Positions 30,426 through 40,209 of a stretch of DNA of 64,000 nucleotides are shown piece after piece. The notes below the pieces were generated by a model. It had not been told where the DNA came from and did no database searches. It worked only from the letters and a program-made list of their open reading frames with translations. Both the position numbers and the translations under genes were made by a program. Each line of letters begins with the position of its first letter. Within the stretch, counting starts at the first letter, position 1. The DNA comes from Gemmatimonadota bacterium (GTDB lineage: Bacteria > Gemmatimonadota > Gemmatimonadetes > Palauibacterales > Palauibacteraceae): positions 2,752,001 through 2,816,000 of the forward strand of contig OY762926.1 in the NCBI GenBank assembly GCA_963666735.1, given 5' to 3'.

Positions 30426-30504
30426 GCGCCTCCTTACGAGAGCCTGGCTCCCGGAGTGTCGCTGTGACCGCGAATCGTCGCGCCGGCGGCGAAGGATCGC
30501 CGTT

Positions 30505-31827
30505 TCACGGAGTCCCCGCGAGCGGTCGGTGCCGGTAGACGATCCCGCCGCGCATGACGAGCACCACATGCTCGAGGGCGCCGATGTCGGCCGTCGGATC
30601 GCCCGCCACCGCGATCACGTCGGCCTCGAACCCCGGCGCGAGCGTGCCCACGGTCTCCTCGAGCTCCAGCGAAGCCGCCGCCAGGCTTGTGGCCGAGACG
30701 ATCGCCTCCATCGGGTTCTGCCCGCCCTCACTCACCCGGTACACCAGTTCCGTCCAGTTGCGCCCGTGCGCTCCGGCTACGGCGTCGGTCCCGAACACGA
30801 TGTCGAGCCCCTCGACGTCGAGGGCCTCGCGGAAGGCGCCGAGCGCCGTCGGCACCGCCTCGCGCATCTGGCGGAATCCGTCTTCCGTGTAGTTTCCGAT
30901 GCCGAGGTAGCGGTCCTGGTTCGCGAAGTAGTTCTCGAAGATCAGGTGCGTGTGTGGGTCGTAGTAGAGATCGTGTTCGGCCAGGAGTTCGAGCGTCTCG
31001 CGGTCGAGCAGGGCGCCGTGCTCGATCTGCCGGCAGCCGGCGAGGGCCGAGCGCTGCGCGCTCTCGGGACCGTGGGCGTGGACCACGGCGCGCAGTCCGT
31101 GCTCGCGCGCCTGGCCGCAGGCGGCGTCGAGCTGCTCCTGGCTCAGCGTGGGCGCGCCGCCGACCCTGATGCTGGCGGACCCGAAGATCTTGATCACGTC
31201 CGCGCCCGCCTCCGCCAGTGCGTCCACGCGGGCCCGGATCTCCTCCGGTCCGCCGCTCCCGGACGTGATGGGCTGGATCGAGGTCAGGACCCGCGGTCCC
31301 GGCAGCGATCCGCGCGCGATCGCTGCCCGGACCGGGACGTCCTCCGGTCCGCCCAGACTCTGCACCGTCGTGACGCCGCTCGCGAGCATGTTCCAGGCGT
31401 TTTCGGCCGCGTAAAGCACGCGATCCTCCGCCGTGTCCGTCGACTCCGCGCTATGCAGCCGTCCCGTCTCCGCGTCGAAGTGCCAGCCGAGATGGACGTG
31501 CGTGTCGATGAGCCCCGGCAGCACGGTCGCCCCCGGGAGTTCGTACACCACGGCGCCTTCCGTGGCCCCCTCGTCGGCGATGGCCTCGATCCGCCCCCCG
31601 CGCACCACGAGCTCCCGGCCCGTGAGCACGGTGCCGCGTCCGTCGAGGATCCGGTCCGCCCGGATCACCACCGCGTCGTCCGGACCCGCCGGCCGGAGAC
31701 CCGAGGCGTCCTCTCCCGCGTCCGTCGCGCATCCGCTCGCGCCCGGGATCGCGAGGACCGCGACGGCGGCCGCCCGGGCCATCAGAGCCCTGTGGCTTCG
31801 CGTCGAATCAGCGGCGCATGGGGGCAT
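30505..31827 (-). CDS. Amidohydrolase family lipoprotein (Xaa-Pro dipeptidase-like)
   Basis: PGLIDTHVH, GVTTVQSLG, DVIKIF, HAHG, IEHG, FGTD and ADVIAVAGDP. Start 31827 or 31783. Confidence 0.9.
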   Translation of the reverse strand: MPPCAADSTRSHRALMARAAAVAVLAIPGASGCATDAGEDASGLRPAGPDDAVVIRADRILDGRGTVLTGRELVVRGGRIEAIADEGATEGAVVYELPGATVLPGLIDTHVHLGWHFDAETGRLHSAESTDTAEDRVLYAAENAWNMLASGVTTVQSLGGPEDVPVRAAIARGSLPGPRVLTSIQPITSGSGGPEEIRARVDALAEAGADVIKIFGSASIRVGGAPTLSQEQLDAACGQAREHGLRAVVHAHGPESAQRSALAGCRQIEHGALLDRETLELLAEHDLYYDPHTHLIFENYFANQDRYLGIGNYTEDGFRQMREAVPTALGAFREALDVEGLDIVFGTDAVAGAHGRNWTELVYRVSEGGQNPMEAIVSATSLAAASLELEETVGTLAPGFEADVIAVAGDPTADIGALEHVVLVMRGGIVYRHRPLAGTP

Positions 31828-31964
31828 GACATCCTCCGGAGCGGGAACAGGGCCCGGGATTCGAAGTCCCGGCGCGGGAGCCTTCAGAACACTAGTTGCT
31901 CGCGGGCGGCGCAGGTAGGATCACGCGACACCCACAGCCCCAGCCGTCCGACCCCGAGGAACCC

Positions 31965-32516
31965 ATGATGAACCTGATGAACAACGCCGGTCTCCGGTCG
32001 CGTCACCCCCTGGCTCCCCTGGCTCGTTCCCTGGCTCGCCTGGCCGTCTTCGTTTTCCTTATCGCGCCGGCGCTCCCGACCGTGCACCTCGCCGGGCAGG
32101 ATGACGCCCGGTCCGAAGTCTCCGCGATCCTCGACGCGCTCCACGAGGCGGCCTCGGAGGCCGACTTCGACCGCTACTTCAGCCTCTACGCCGGCGAGTC
32201 CGTCTTCCTCGGCACCGACGCAACGGAGCGCTGGACGCGCGAAGAGTTCATGGACTACACGAGGGCCCGTTTCGACACGGGCACGGGCTGGACCTACCAC
32301 ACGCTGGAGCGCCACATCGCCATCGCCCCCGGCGGGCGCACCGCCTGGTTCGACGAGCGTCTCGAGAACGCCAACCTCGGCGAAACGCGCGGCAGCGGCG
32401 TGCTCGTAATGGAAGACGGGGGTTGGAAGGTCGCGCAGTACAACCTCACGATCCCGATTCCCAACGAGCTGGCGCGCGAGGTTGCCGCGCGGATCCGGGC
32501 GCTGACAGGCGGATGA
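31965..32516 (+). CDS. SnoaL/NTF2-like secreted protein
   Basis: LDALHEAAS.ADFDRYF, FLGTDATERW, AWFDERL, RGSGVL and WKVAQYNL. Confidence 0.88.
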   Translation: MMNLMNNAGLRSRHPLAPLARSLARLAVFVFLIAPALPTVHLAGQDDARSEVSAILDALHEAASEADFDRYFSLYAGESVFLGTDATERWTREEFMDYTRARFDTGTGWTYHTLERHIAIAPGGRTAWFDERLENANLGETRGSGVLVMEDGGWKVAQYNLTIPIPNELAREVAARIRALTGG

Positions 32517-32582
32517 GGCCTGCTCGAGCGGGACGGCGCCCCGTCGTACGGGGCAGCCCGCCGCGGCGAGCGGCTCCGGCTT

Positions 32583-35500
32583 CTACCGGCTACCGACCAG
32601 CGCGCCGCTGGCATCGATCACGACCTCCAGCGGCGTCGGGGCTCCGAGAGGGGTCACCGTTTCCGAGCCGTTCGGCCAGCGCACCCACACGGCCGTCGGA
32701 CTCGAGGCCGGATCCGCGGCGAGCCCCATGACCTGCACCGGGTCGTCCTGCGACCAGTAACCTCCGCCCGCGCGGATCTCGCGCAGCGGCCCGCGCCTCT
32801 CGCCGTACTCGAGCCGGATCGCGCTGCCGATGGCGGCCGGATTCTCCTCGCTCCCTCTCAGCCGGACACGCAGCCCGGGCTTCGCGCCCCGGTTGCGGTA
32901 CAGCTTCGTCCCGGCCCCGTTCTGGCTGACGAGCACGTCCACGCGCCCATCTCCATCGTAGTCCGCGAAGGCGGCCCCGCGCTGCTCGCCGTACACCGCG
33001 ATGCCAGACCGCTGCCCCGGGACCGGCGTCAGCGCCCCCGTCCCGTCGCCTCGCAGCCACAGGCCGCGGCCCCCGTCGTTCCGGGCCGCTTCGCCGCGTA
33101 GCGCAAACAGGTTCTGGCTCAGGAAGACATCCTCGTGCCCGTCCCCGTCCACGTCGGCCACACCCGCGTGAAACGCCGGCGCCAACTGCGCTTCGCGCGG
33201 CAGCTCGAACGCCTCGAACGACCCCCCGCGGTTGATGTACACGGTGTGCGCCAGTGTCGTCGCCTCGACCGTCGGCAGGAGGTGCGCGGGCTGCTCGAGG
33301 ATCTCGTTCACGCCCAACTGCCCGTAGTGCTCGAACCCCTGGATGCGGCCGCGAAGGAAGGGGAGGCCCCCGGCGAGCGTGAGGAGTCCCCGCACCGGCA
33401 CCATCGAACGCGTGAACTCGTCGTAACGCGCCTCGATCACATCGCGGAAACCATCGTTGTCCAGATCGGCGTGATAGGCGGTCGCCGGATGCTCCGGGCT
33501 CGCGGTGAACTGCGAGTTGAGTCCCCGGTTGGAGGCGATGAGGTCGGGCAGCCCGTCTTCGTTCAGGTCTCCCGTCGTCACCCCGTTCCACCACCCGGTC
33601 CGGGACTCGAGTCCGAAGGCGGCCGTCGCGTCCTCGAAGCGGCCGTCGCGATTGACGAGGAGCCGGACGGGTCCCCACTCGATGGCGAGCAGGAGATCCG
33701 GGTCTCCGTCCGCGTCCACGTCGCTGAACACGGCGCCGGACACGAGACCCACGTCGGTCAGGGCCGCCGCGTTCGATTCGTCGAGGACGTAGCGGCCGCC
33801 CTCGTTGAGAAAGAGGCGGGAGGTCGCCGCGGCCGGATACTGGCCGGGGATCACGCGGCCGCCCGCGAAGAGATCGACATCGCCGTCCCCGTCGTAGTCT
33901 GCCGCCGCGAGAGGGCCGGTGCTCGCCTCGGCCCCCGGAAGACTCTGCGCCTGCGTGAGCGTCGTACTCGAGGCCCGCAGCACCGTGGCCGAGGGGGCCG
34001 CCCGGTCTGCGCCGTCGTACGTCGCGGTTCCGACGACGACCGAGGCGCCGGCCCGGCCGGGGAGGATGACGAGGCCCGTCTGGTCGCCCGGGGATGGCGC
34101 CGGCCCAACCGCCCCGCTGTCGCGCGCTCCCCGGTCCGGCGAGAACCCGCCCTCGCCGTCGCCGCGGAAGACCGAGAGGCCGGCGCCGCCTCCACCGCCG
34201 ATCAGGGCGTCCGCGTCTCCGTCACCGTCGATGTCGCCCCACGCGACGCCCGGGCCGCCCTGTCCCAGGCGCCACGTGATGAGCGGCTGCTGCGCGAAGT
34301 CGTCGAACGCGTTCTCCCGGTGACGGTGCTCGAGCAACCCGGACACATCGTCGAACAGGGGTGTCTCCGACTCCGCCGCCTTGGAAGCCGCCGCCGGAGC
34401 CGCCGCGGAAGCCGCCGCCGTGCCGCCGGCCGCCGGTTCCCGGATCTCGTAGATCCGGTTCGCCCGGACGCCCTCCACCCGGCTCATCGTCCCGTCCCGC
34501 CACACGACCTCGAGCGTCAGTTCCCCGTCGCCCGCCGCGAAGCTGGCCATCGCCTCCGAACCGGAGAGATACAGGCCCCCCGCGACGATCTCCTTCGTCT
34601 GCGCCGGCAACTCGCCCCCCGACAGACGGACCCGCGCGCCGACCCCTGCCGTGTTGGGTCCCCGGCCGAGGAGCCGCACGGCCACTCGCGGCGCTCGTCC
34701 CACGTTCCGGTACACCCCCGCCGGCGCCAGCAGCCGGTTCGTGACGATGTCCAGGTCCCCGTCCCCGTCGAGATCCGCCGCGGCCATCCCGTGCGAGATG
34801 TCTTCGTCCCCCGCGAACCCCCACGCCTCTCCCACCTCCTCGAAGGTCAGGTCTCCGCGGTTGCGGAAGGCGATGTTGGAGAGGCGCAGCGAAGGGAAGC
34901 CGAGGATCCGCTGCCGCCAGTCCATCGATCCGACGCGTTGCGCCGCGTCCTTGTCCATCGCGTCGTAGAAGTGGCCCGTCCCCACGAGCAGATCCTCGTA
35001 GCCATCGAGATCCACGTCCACGAACGTGCTCCCCCACGACCAGCCCGACGCGTCGAGGCCCGCGAACTGCGCCGCTTCCGCGAAGGTTCCATCCCCCCGG
35101 CTCAGGTAGAGCGTGTTGCGCGGCGTCTGCGGCCGGTTATCGAACCGCCCCGCGAACTGCGGATCGGCCTCCCCGCCGACCATCTGCTTCATGCGCAGCC
35201 GCTGCTCCCGGCTCAGCATCTCCACCACGAAGAAGTCCGTGAACCCGTCCCGGTCCACATCCGAGAAATCCACCCCCATGGACGCGAAGCTCGTGCTCCG
35301 CATGGCGAGCGGCGCGAGCATCCGGAAGCCCCCGTCCCCATCGTTGATCCAGACGTGATCGGGGCTGTGAAAGTCGTTGCAGACGTACAGGTCCGGATCT
35401 CCGTCCCCGTCCATGTCCTGGAAACGGGCCGCGAGTCCCCACTCCATCGGCTCGGACTCCAGCGGCCGGCCCTCCCCGTCGAGGAACGCGCCCTCCGTCC

Positions 35501-36338
35501 ACGGCACCGGCGTGAACCGTCCCGTCCCGTCGTTCAGGTAGAGCCGGTCGGGCTCCGCCAGTTCGAGCCGGGGGACCATCCCCTCCCGGACCTCTCCGAG
35601 CGTAAAGTGCTCCCGCCACTCGGGGAGAAGCTCGAACCCGTCCTCCGTCCGCCGGTAGATCTTGCTCGGCTGGAGGACCTCGGGCGGGAAGAGATCCTGC
35701 ACCGTCGCGACCTTGTTGTTCACCACGTACAGGTCGAGGTCCCCGTCCCCGTCGATGTCGGCGAGCGTCATCGACATGCTCCCGAGCGTCGAGGTGAGCC
35801 GCGCCGCCTCCGTCCCGTCCGTGAACCGTCCCGTCCCGTCGTTCAGGTAGAGCGCGTTCGGCCCTCCGAGCGCGTTGACGAGCAGGTCGAGATCTCCGTC
35901 CCCGTCCACATCCGCGAACACGGCGCCCGTCGAGAAGCGGTCCGCCGCGGCGACCCCCGCCTCCTCGGCGATGTCCTCGAAGCGCCAGCCGCCCAGATTC
36001 CGGTAGAGCCGGTTCGGCCCGTCCATCCCGGCGAAGTAGAGATCGACGCGGCCGTCGCCGTCCACGTCCCCCGCCGCGACGCCGGACCCGTTCAGGTAGT
36101 GGCTGTTGTCGATGTACTGCTCCTCGGTGACCACGTTCTCGAACGAGATCCCGGTCTCCGAAGGGGCGAGTCGCTCGAACCCCGGCTCGTCCTCGCCCGG
36201 CACCCGAAGCTCGGCCCAGCGGTATCCGCCCTCCTCGACCCAGTCCGGCGCGCCCGGTCCGCACCCGCCGCAGAGCGCGGCGGCCGCCAGCAGCGTGACG
36301 CGGACGAGGGAACGGGCGTCGTGATGAATGTCGGGCAT
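32583..36338 (-). CDS. FG-GAP/VCBS repeat lipoprotein with ASPIC/UnbV domains (CRTAC1-like)
   Basis: Many DxDGDGDxD repeats, NxLYxN motifs and two ASPIC-like segments (GGLYLSGS, GGGYWSQ). Confidence 0.9.
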   Translation of the reverse strand: MPDIHHDARSLVRVTLLAAAALCGGCGPGAPDWVEEGGYRWAELRVPGEDEPGFERLAPSETGISFENVVTEEQYIDNSHYLNGSGVAAGDVDGDGRVDLYFAGMDGPNRLYRNLGGWRFEDIAEEAGVAAADRFSTGAVFADVDGDGDLDLLVNALGGPNALYLNDGTGRFTDGTEAARLTSTLGSMSMTLADIDGDGDLDLYVVNNKVATVQDLFPPEVLQPSKIYRRTEDGFELLPEWREHFTLGEVREGMVPRLELAEPDRLYLNDGTGRFTPVPWTEGAFLDGEGRPLESEPMEWGLAARFQDMDGDGDPDLYVCNDFHSPDHVWINDGDGGFRMLAPLAMRSTSFASMGVDFSDVDRDGFTDFFVVEMLSREQRLRMKQMVGGEADPQFAGRFDNRPQTPRNTLYLSRGDGTFAEAAQFAGLDASGWSWGSTFVDVDLDGYEDLLVGTGHFYDAMDKDAAQRVGSMDWRQRILGFPSLRLSNIAFRNRGDLTFEEVGEAWGFAGDEDISHGMAAADLDGDGDLDIVTNRLLAPAGVYRNVGRAPRVAVRLLGRGPNTAGVGARVRLSGGELPAQTKEIVAGGLYLSGSEAMASFAAGDGELTLEVVWRDGTMSRVEGVRANRIYEIREPAAGGTAAASAAAPAAASKAAESETPLFDDVSGLLEHRHRENAFDDFAQQPLITWRLGQGGPGVAWGDIDGDGDADALIGGGGGAGLSVFRGDGEGGFSPDRGARDSGAVGPAPSPGDQTGLVILPGRAGASVVVGTATYDGADRAAPSATVLRASSTTLTQAQSLPGAEASTGPLAAADYDGDGDVDLFAGGRVIPGQYPAAATSRLFLNEGGRYVLDESNAAALTDVGLVSGAVFSDVDADGDPDLLLAIEWGPVRLLVNRDGRFEDATAAFGLESRTGWWNGVTTGDLNEDGLPDLIASNRGLNSQFTASPEHPATAYHADLDNDGFRDVIEARYDEFTRSMVPVRGLLTLAGGLPFLRGRIQGFEHYGQLGVNEILEQPAHLLPTVEATTLAHTVYINRGGSFEAFELPREAQLAPAFHAGVADVDGDGHEDVFLSQNLFALRGEAARNDGGRGLWLRGDGTGALTPVPGQRSGIAVYGEQRGAAFADYDGDGRVDVLVSQNGAGTKLYRNRGAKPGLRVRLRGSEENPAAIGSAIRLEYGERRGPLREIRAGGGYWSQDDPVQVMGLAADPASSPTAVWVRWPNGSETVTPLGAPTPLEVVIDASGALVGSR

Positions 36339-36471
36339 GCGCCTCGCGAGGGTTCGGGATCGACTCGCTCCGTCCTGCACCAGACACAACGCGCGAGCGG
36401 GCTGTATCATATCACCTGCCAACGTCACGGGAATGCGCGGCGCCCGCCGCCAACCGGAGGAGGATCGTCAC

Positions 36472-37062
36472 ATGAGACAGAGGTTCATCGCCGCGCTCGT
36501 CGTCGCCGGAGTGCTGGCCCCCGCAGGTCTGTTCGCCCAGGATGGCGGCGTCTCGGATGCCGGCGGGATCCACGAAGCGCCGCCGGTCCCCGCGGCGACG
36601 GATCCGACCGCCATCCGGGACGAGATTCTCGACCATTTCCAGCGCTCCAGCCGCAAGATTTCCGAACTCGCGCGCGTGATGCCCGCGGAAAAGTTCTCCT
36701 GGGCGCCCGGCGAGGGCGTGATGCAGGTGGGCGAGGTCTACATGCACATCGCCCGCTACAACTTCATGTACCTCGACCAGAACCTGGGGATCGCGCCCCC
36801 GAACGGGTTCGACTACGCGGACATCGAGTCGATCCGCGACAAGGAGAGAGTGCGCGAGATCCATGAGATGTCCGTCCGCCACGTCATGGAGCAGGTGGGC
36901 GCGCTCACCGGGGCGAAACTCGACGGGCAGACCGAACTCTACGGCCGCACCGTGCAGGGCTGGGCCGTGCTCCTGCAGCTCGTCTCGCACATGAACGAAC
37001 ACGTGGGGCAGTCGGTCTCGTACGCCCGCATGAACGGCATCGTCCCCCCGTGGTCCCGCTGA
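36472..37062 (+). CDS. Secreted DinB family protein
   Basis: GGAGGAGG RBS, signal peptide, MPAEKFSWAPGEGV...MHIA and HMNEHVGQSVSYARMNGIVPPWS. Confidence 0.88.
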   Translation: MRQRFIAALVVAGVLAPAGLFAQDGGVSDAGGIHEAPPVPAATDPTAIRDEILDHFQRSSRKISELARVMPAEKFSWAPGEGVMQVGEVYMHIARYNFMYLDQNLGIAPPNGFDYADIESIRDKERVREIHEMSVRHVMEQVGALTGAKLDGQTELYGRTVQGWAVLLQLVSHMNEHVGQSVSYARMNGIVPPWSR

Positions 37063-37109
37063 CGATACGGCGGGGTCTCGACGGGGGCGCATGGAGTAGT
37101 CCATAGGCC

Positions 37110-37604
37110 ATGATCAACGCGATTCGCCGCGGTTCGAGGGCGGCGGTCCCGGTCGCCCTGCTCGCGGCGCTCGCTGGCTGTCGGTACACGACGGATCCGG
37201 CCGACATGCCCGTCACGGGGAACTGGCTCGGCCACATCCCGCGCCTCGATGGCGGGCTCGCCTGGGAGTTCCGGCTGCATGAAGACGGGTTGGGCAACGT
37301 CTCCGGCACCGTCAGCCGAACGGATTTCGTCCGGATCCCCGCGCCGAGCGAAACCGTATCCCCCGGAACCGTGGAAGGCGTCCACGCCTCGTCCGAAGTC
37401 AGGCTGATTCTCGACTACGGATCGCATTCCGAGGCCTATGAGGGGCGCTTCAGGTCCGACGACCGTATCGAGGGCTTCATCGTTCGCGGCACGGTCGTGC
37501 GGAATATCGGCACCCTGGAACTCAGACGGATCGCCCGGGGCTCCGACGATACGGCCGACGGTGCCACAATCCCCGCCAACGGGGGTACCACGTCAGGCAA
37601 CTGA
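37110..37604 (+). CDS. Hypothetical lipoprotein
   Basis: Lipobox LAGC, VTGNWLG, beta-rich sequence and GGAG RBS. Confidence 0.7.
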   Translation: MINAIRRGSRAAVPVALLAALAGCRYTTDPADMPVTGNWLGHIPRLDGGLAWEFRLHEDGLGNVSGTVSRTDFVRIPAPSETVSPGTVEGVHASSEVRLILDYGSHSEAYEGRFRSDDRIEGFIVRGTVVRNIGTLELRRIARGSDDTADGATIPANGGTTSGN

Positions 37605-37643
37605 ACACGTGACCGCGCGACCCACACCGCACGGGTTTCTCGC

Positions 37644-38450
37644 ATGGACCGTCAGCACCCTTCCAATCGGACGATTCTCGTCACCGGGGCGAGTGGCTAT
37701 GTCGGGGGCCGCCTCGTCCCGTCGCTCGAGGAGCGCGGCGAACGGATCCGCTGTCTCGCCCGTAACCCCGGGTCCCGCAACGAGACGGTGGTTCGCGACG
37801 ACGCGGTTCTGGAGCGCTTCCCGGTTCGTCCCCTTGGGGTGGGCGAGGCGATCGCCCGCGCGCTGCGAGACGAAGACCGGGAGATGGCCCGGACCCGTTG
37901 GAGCGACGCCGTGTCTTCCAGTGGCCGGGGACCGCTCTGGGGCGGAAAACGCTTCGGTTCGCGGATCGTCGACCGGCAACAGGCCGAGGTCCCGGCCGAG
38001 ACGGCGCGTGCTTTCGCCCCGATCCAGCGCATCGGCGGCTCCCGGGGGTGGTACTTCGCGAACTGGTTGTGGGGGCTGCGGGGTGCCGCGGACCTGCTCG
38101 TAGGCGGCGTCGGCATGCGCCGCGGCCGACGGCATCCGGTCGACATTCGGCCGGGAGACCCGCTCGATTTCTGGCGCGTCGAGGCCTTCGAGCCCGACCG
38201 CCTCCTGCGTCTGCAGGCCGAGATGAAGGTGCCCGGCCGTGCCTGGCTGCAGTTCGAGGTGGAACCCGCGAAGAAGGGGAGCCGCGTCACCCAGACAGCG
38301 GCCTTCGACCCCCTCGGTCTGGGCGGATTGCTCTACTGGTACGGCCTGTACCCCATCCACTGGCTGATCTTCCGCGGCATGCTTCGGGGAATCCTGCGCC
38401 GTACCGCGCCCGGCGCGGACCGGAGAAACTTGCAATCAGCCGAGAGGTAA
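37644..38450 (+). pseudogene. YbjT-like SDR/DUF2867 protein with large in-frame internal deletion
   Basis: ILVTGASGYVGGRL...CLARNP joins directly to (S)RNETVVRD and the DUF2867 region (IGGSRGWY, LDFWRVE, AEMKVPGRAWL, GLLYWY). Most of the Rossmann domain is absent (268 aa). Confidence 0.72.
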
Positions 38451-38465
38451 ACTGGCAATCAGCCG
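38426..38465. repeat. 17-bp direct repeat (1 mismatch), period 23
   Basis: AAACTTGCAATCAGCCG (38426-38442) and AAACTGGCAATCAGCCG (38449-38465). Confidence 0.8.
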
Positions 38466-38528
38466 CTCCTCTACCGGGACCGCCGCGACTTCGCGATCCG
38501 AAAAGGCGACACGGGCAAACGCGGGTAA

Positions 38529-38915
38529 CTACCAGAGACGGTCCAAGCCGTAGCGGTCGAACACTCGATCGGCTGACACGACGACAAGACGGCGTGCGAG
38601 GGCTTGCGCTGCCAGCATGCGGTCGAACGGGTCACGATGCGGTCCCGGAAGGCGCCCCGCGCGTTCCGCGTCGCTGACGCTGATCGGAAGCTCGTCGAAC
38701 CCCTGGCCGGCTATGTGGTGGCCCACGTCCAGGGCCACTGCCTCACCACCCGGTAGTTTGCCGATCCGGTGCTTCGTCGCGATTTCCCAGGCTGATGCCG
38801 CGCTGACCGCGATGTCGTTGGTCTCGTCCGCGATGAGACGCCAGGCCTTCCGGGACAGGCGCCCGCTGTCCGCGATCCACCAGAGAAGCGCATGCGTGTC
38901 CAGCAGCACGCGCAA
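38529..38915 (-). CDS. vapC: VapC-family PIN-domain toxin
   Basis: LLDTHALLWW, SAASAWEIATK, HRDPFDRML and VVSAD. Confidence 0.93.
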   Translation of the reverse strand: MRVLLDTHALLWWIADSGRLSRKAWRLIADETNDIAVSAASAWEIATKHRIGKLPGGEAVALDVGHHIAGQGFDELPISVSDAERAGRLPGPHRDPFDRMLAAQALARRLVVVSADRVFDRYGLDRLW

Positions 38916-38918
38916 CGG

Positions 38919-39155
38919 CTACCTGCCTTCCCATGCGGCCAGTTCCTCCTCCGGCAGCGGATCGAAGAAGCTGTCAGGAATCACGAACCGGTCCTTGAGA
39001 ACATCCGGCCGGCGCTTACCGACCGGCTTGCAGGCTACCAGCCGTGCGACCGGCTCGCCTCGTCTCGCGATCACGACGTCCTCCCCATTCTCGACTCGCG
39101 CCAGCAGACGCGAGAGCTGTGTCTTCGCTTCATGAACGTTCACGACGTGTGACAT
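38919..39155 (-). CDS. Phd/YefM-family antitoxin
   Basis: VNVHEAKTQLSRLL.RVE.GEDVVIARRGEPVARL; directly upstream of the toxin. Confidence 0.93.
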   Translation of the reverse strand: MSHVVNVHEAKTQLSRLLARVENGEDVVIARRGEPVARLVACKPVGKRRPDVLKDRFVIPDSFFDPLPEEELAAWEGR

Positions 39156-39168
39156 CTCCCCTCCGGAA

Positions 39169-39197
39169 CCTGGTATCTAGCTAAGAATCTAGCCAGG
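39169..39197. promoter_or_regulatory. Putative TA autoregulatory operator
   Basis: CCTGGTATCTAGCTAAGAATCTAGCCAGG: terminal CCTGG/CCAGG inverted repeat with repeated TCTAGC, just upstream of the antitoxin RBS. Confidence 0.55.
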
Positions 39198-39364
39198 CCG
39201 CGAGCGGGATCAAAGACGCCCGGCGCTCCGGAAGAACCGGGCGAAGCGTCGGCGCCACGCCGGGCGCTGGTTCCCTACACCGGGCGAACATGGCAGGTTA
39301 CCGCGCCCGCTGGAGCGGTCGCCGCACGGAAGGCGGCGGTCGCGCACTCACAACGGAGTCTCCC

Positions 39365-39871
39365 ATGATTGCTCAACAGACCCTCATGCAGTTCGACCAC
39401 ATCGTGACCGGCTGCCGCGCCACGCTGGAAGCCGTGCCGGATGACCGCCTCGACTGGCGTCCGCACGAGAAGTCGTGGACCCTTGGCGAGTTGGCGACCC
39501 ACGTCGCGATGATCCCGAACTGGACTGTGGCATCGCTGACCATGTCCGAGTTCGACGTCGCTCCGGAGGGCGGTGGCCCGCCGCAGAATCCCGTACTCAC
39601 GTCTTCGGCCGAACTCGTTGCGGCGCTCGACCAGAGTGCGGCCGCGGCCCGGGAGACGATCGAGGCCACTTCGGACGAGACCTTCGCCGGCACGTGGACG
39701 CTGAAAGTGGCGGGCGAGGATCGCTTCACGATGCCCAAGGCGGTCGTGGTCCGGAGCTTCGTCCTCGACCACCTGATCCACCACCGGGCGCAACTGGGCG
39801 TCTACCTGCGGCTGCTCGACGTGCCGGTGCCCCAGATGTTCGGGCCCACGGCGGACTATCCGGATATGTGA
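39365..39871 (+). CDS. DinB family protein
   Basis: WRPHEKSWTLGELATHV and DHLIHHRAQLGVYLRLLDVPVP. Confidence 0.9.
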   Translation: MIAQQTLMQFDHIVTGCRATLEAVPDDRLDWRPHEKSWTLGELATHVAMIPNWTVASLTMSEFDVAPEGGGPPQNPVLTSSAELVAALDQSAAAARETIEATSDETFAGTWTLKVAGEDRFTMPKAVVVRSFVLDHLIHHRAQLGVYLRLLDVPVPQMFGPTADYPDM

Positions 39872-39892
39872 CGGGAAGGAGCGGCGGCGCGC

Positions 39893-40115
39893 TCAGTCCA
39901 GCAGCTTCAGCCAACTCCGCAGTTCGCCCGCCTTATCGGCCTGGCGGCTGATCGATTCGCGGTTCACGTCGTTCAACTCGGTGGGACCGCGAGTGGGCAT
40001 GGCCCCCATCTCTTCGTGGCGTTGGCCAGCGCCCGATACGCCGCGCGTCGTAAGCCTCTTCCCTGGACATCGCCTTCCGGTAGGCGTCGAGGGCTCTCTT
40101 CGCCGGATCCTTCAT
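39893..40115 (-). pseudogene. Possible frameshifted small gene remnant
   Basis: RBS AAAGGGG plus MKDPAKRALDAYRKAMSREEAYDA. Helical-looking continuations appear in two other frames (AYRALANATK; EMGAMPTRGPTELNDVNRESISRQADKAGELRSWLKLLD*). Confidence 0.3.
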
Positions 40116-40209
40116 CTCGCGTCCCCTTTGACGGTGCCGCCTGCGACCGGACCACCGCGGGGAAGATAGCGCGCGAACTCGGCTGGCGGACACCTCCAAT
40201 CGGAGTTCT

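Noticed and set aside
31854..31872. CCGGGA-TTCGAAG-TCCCGG hairpin resembling a tRNA T-arm
   Set aside because: No acceptor, D or anticodon arms could be built around it.
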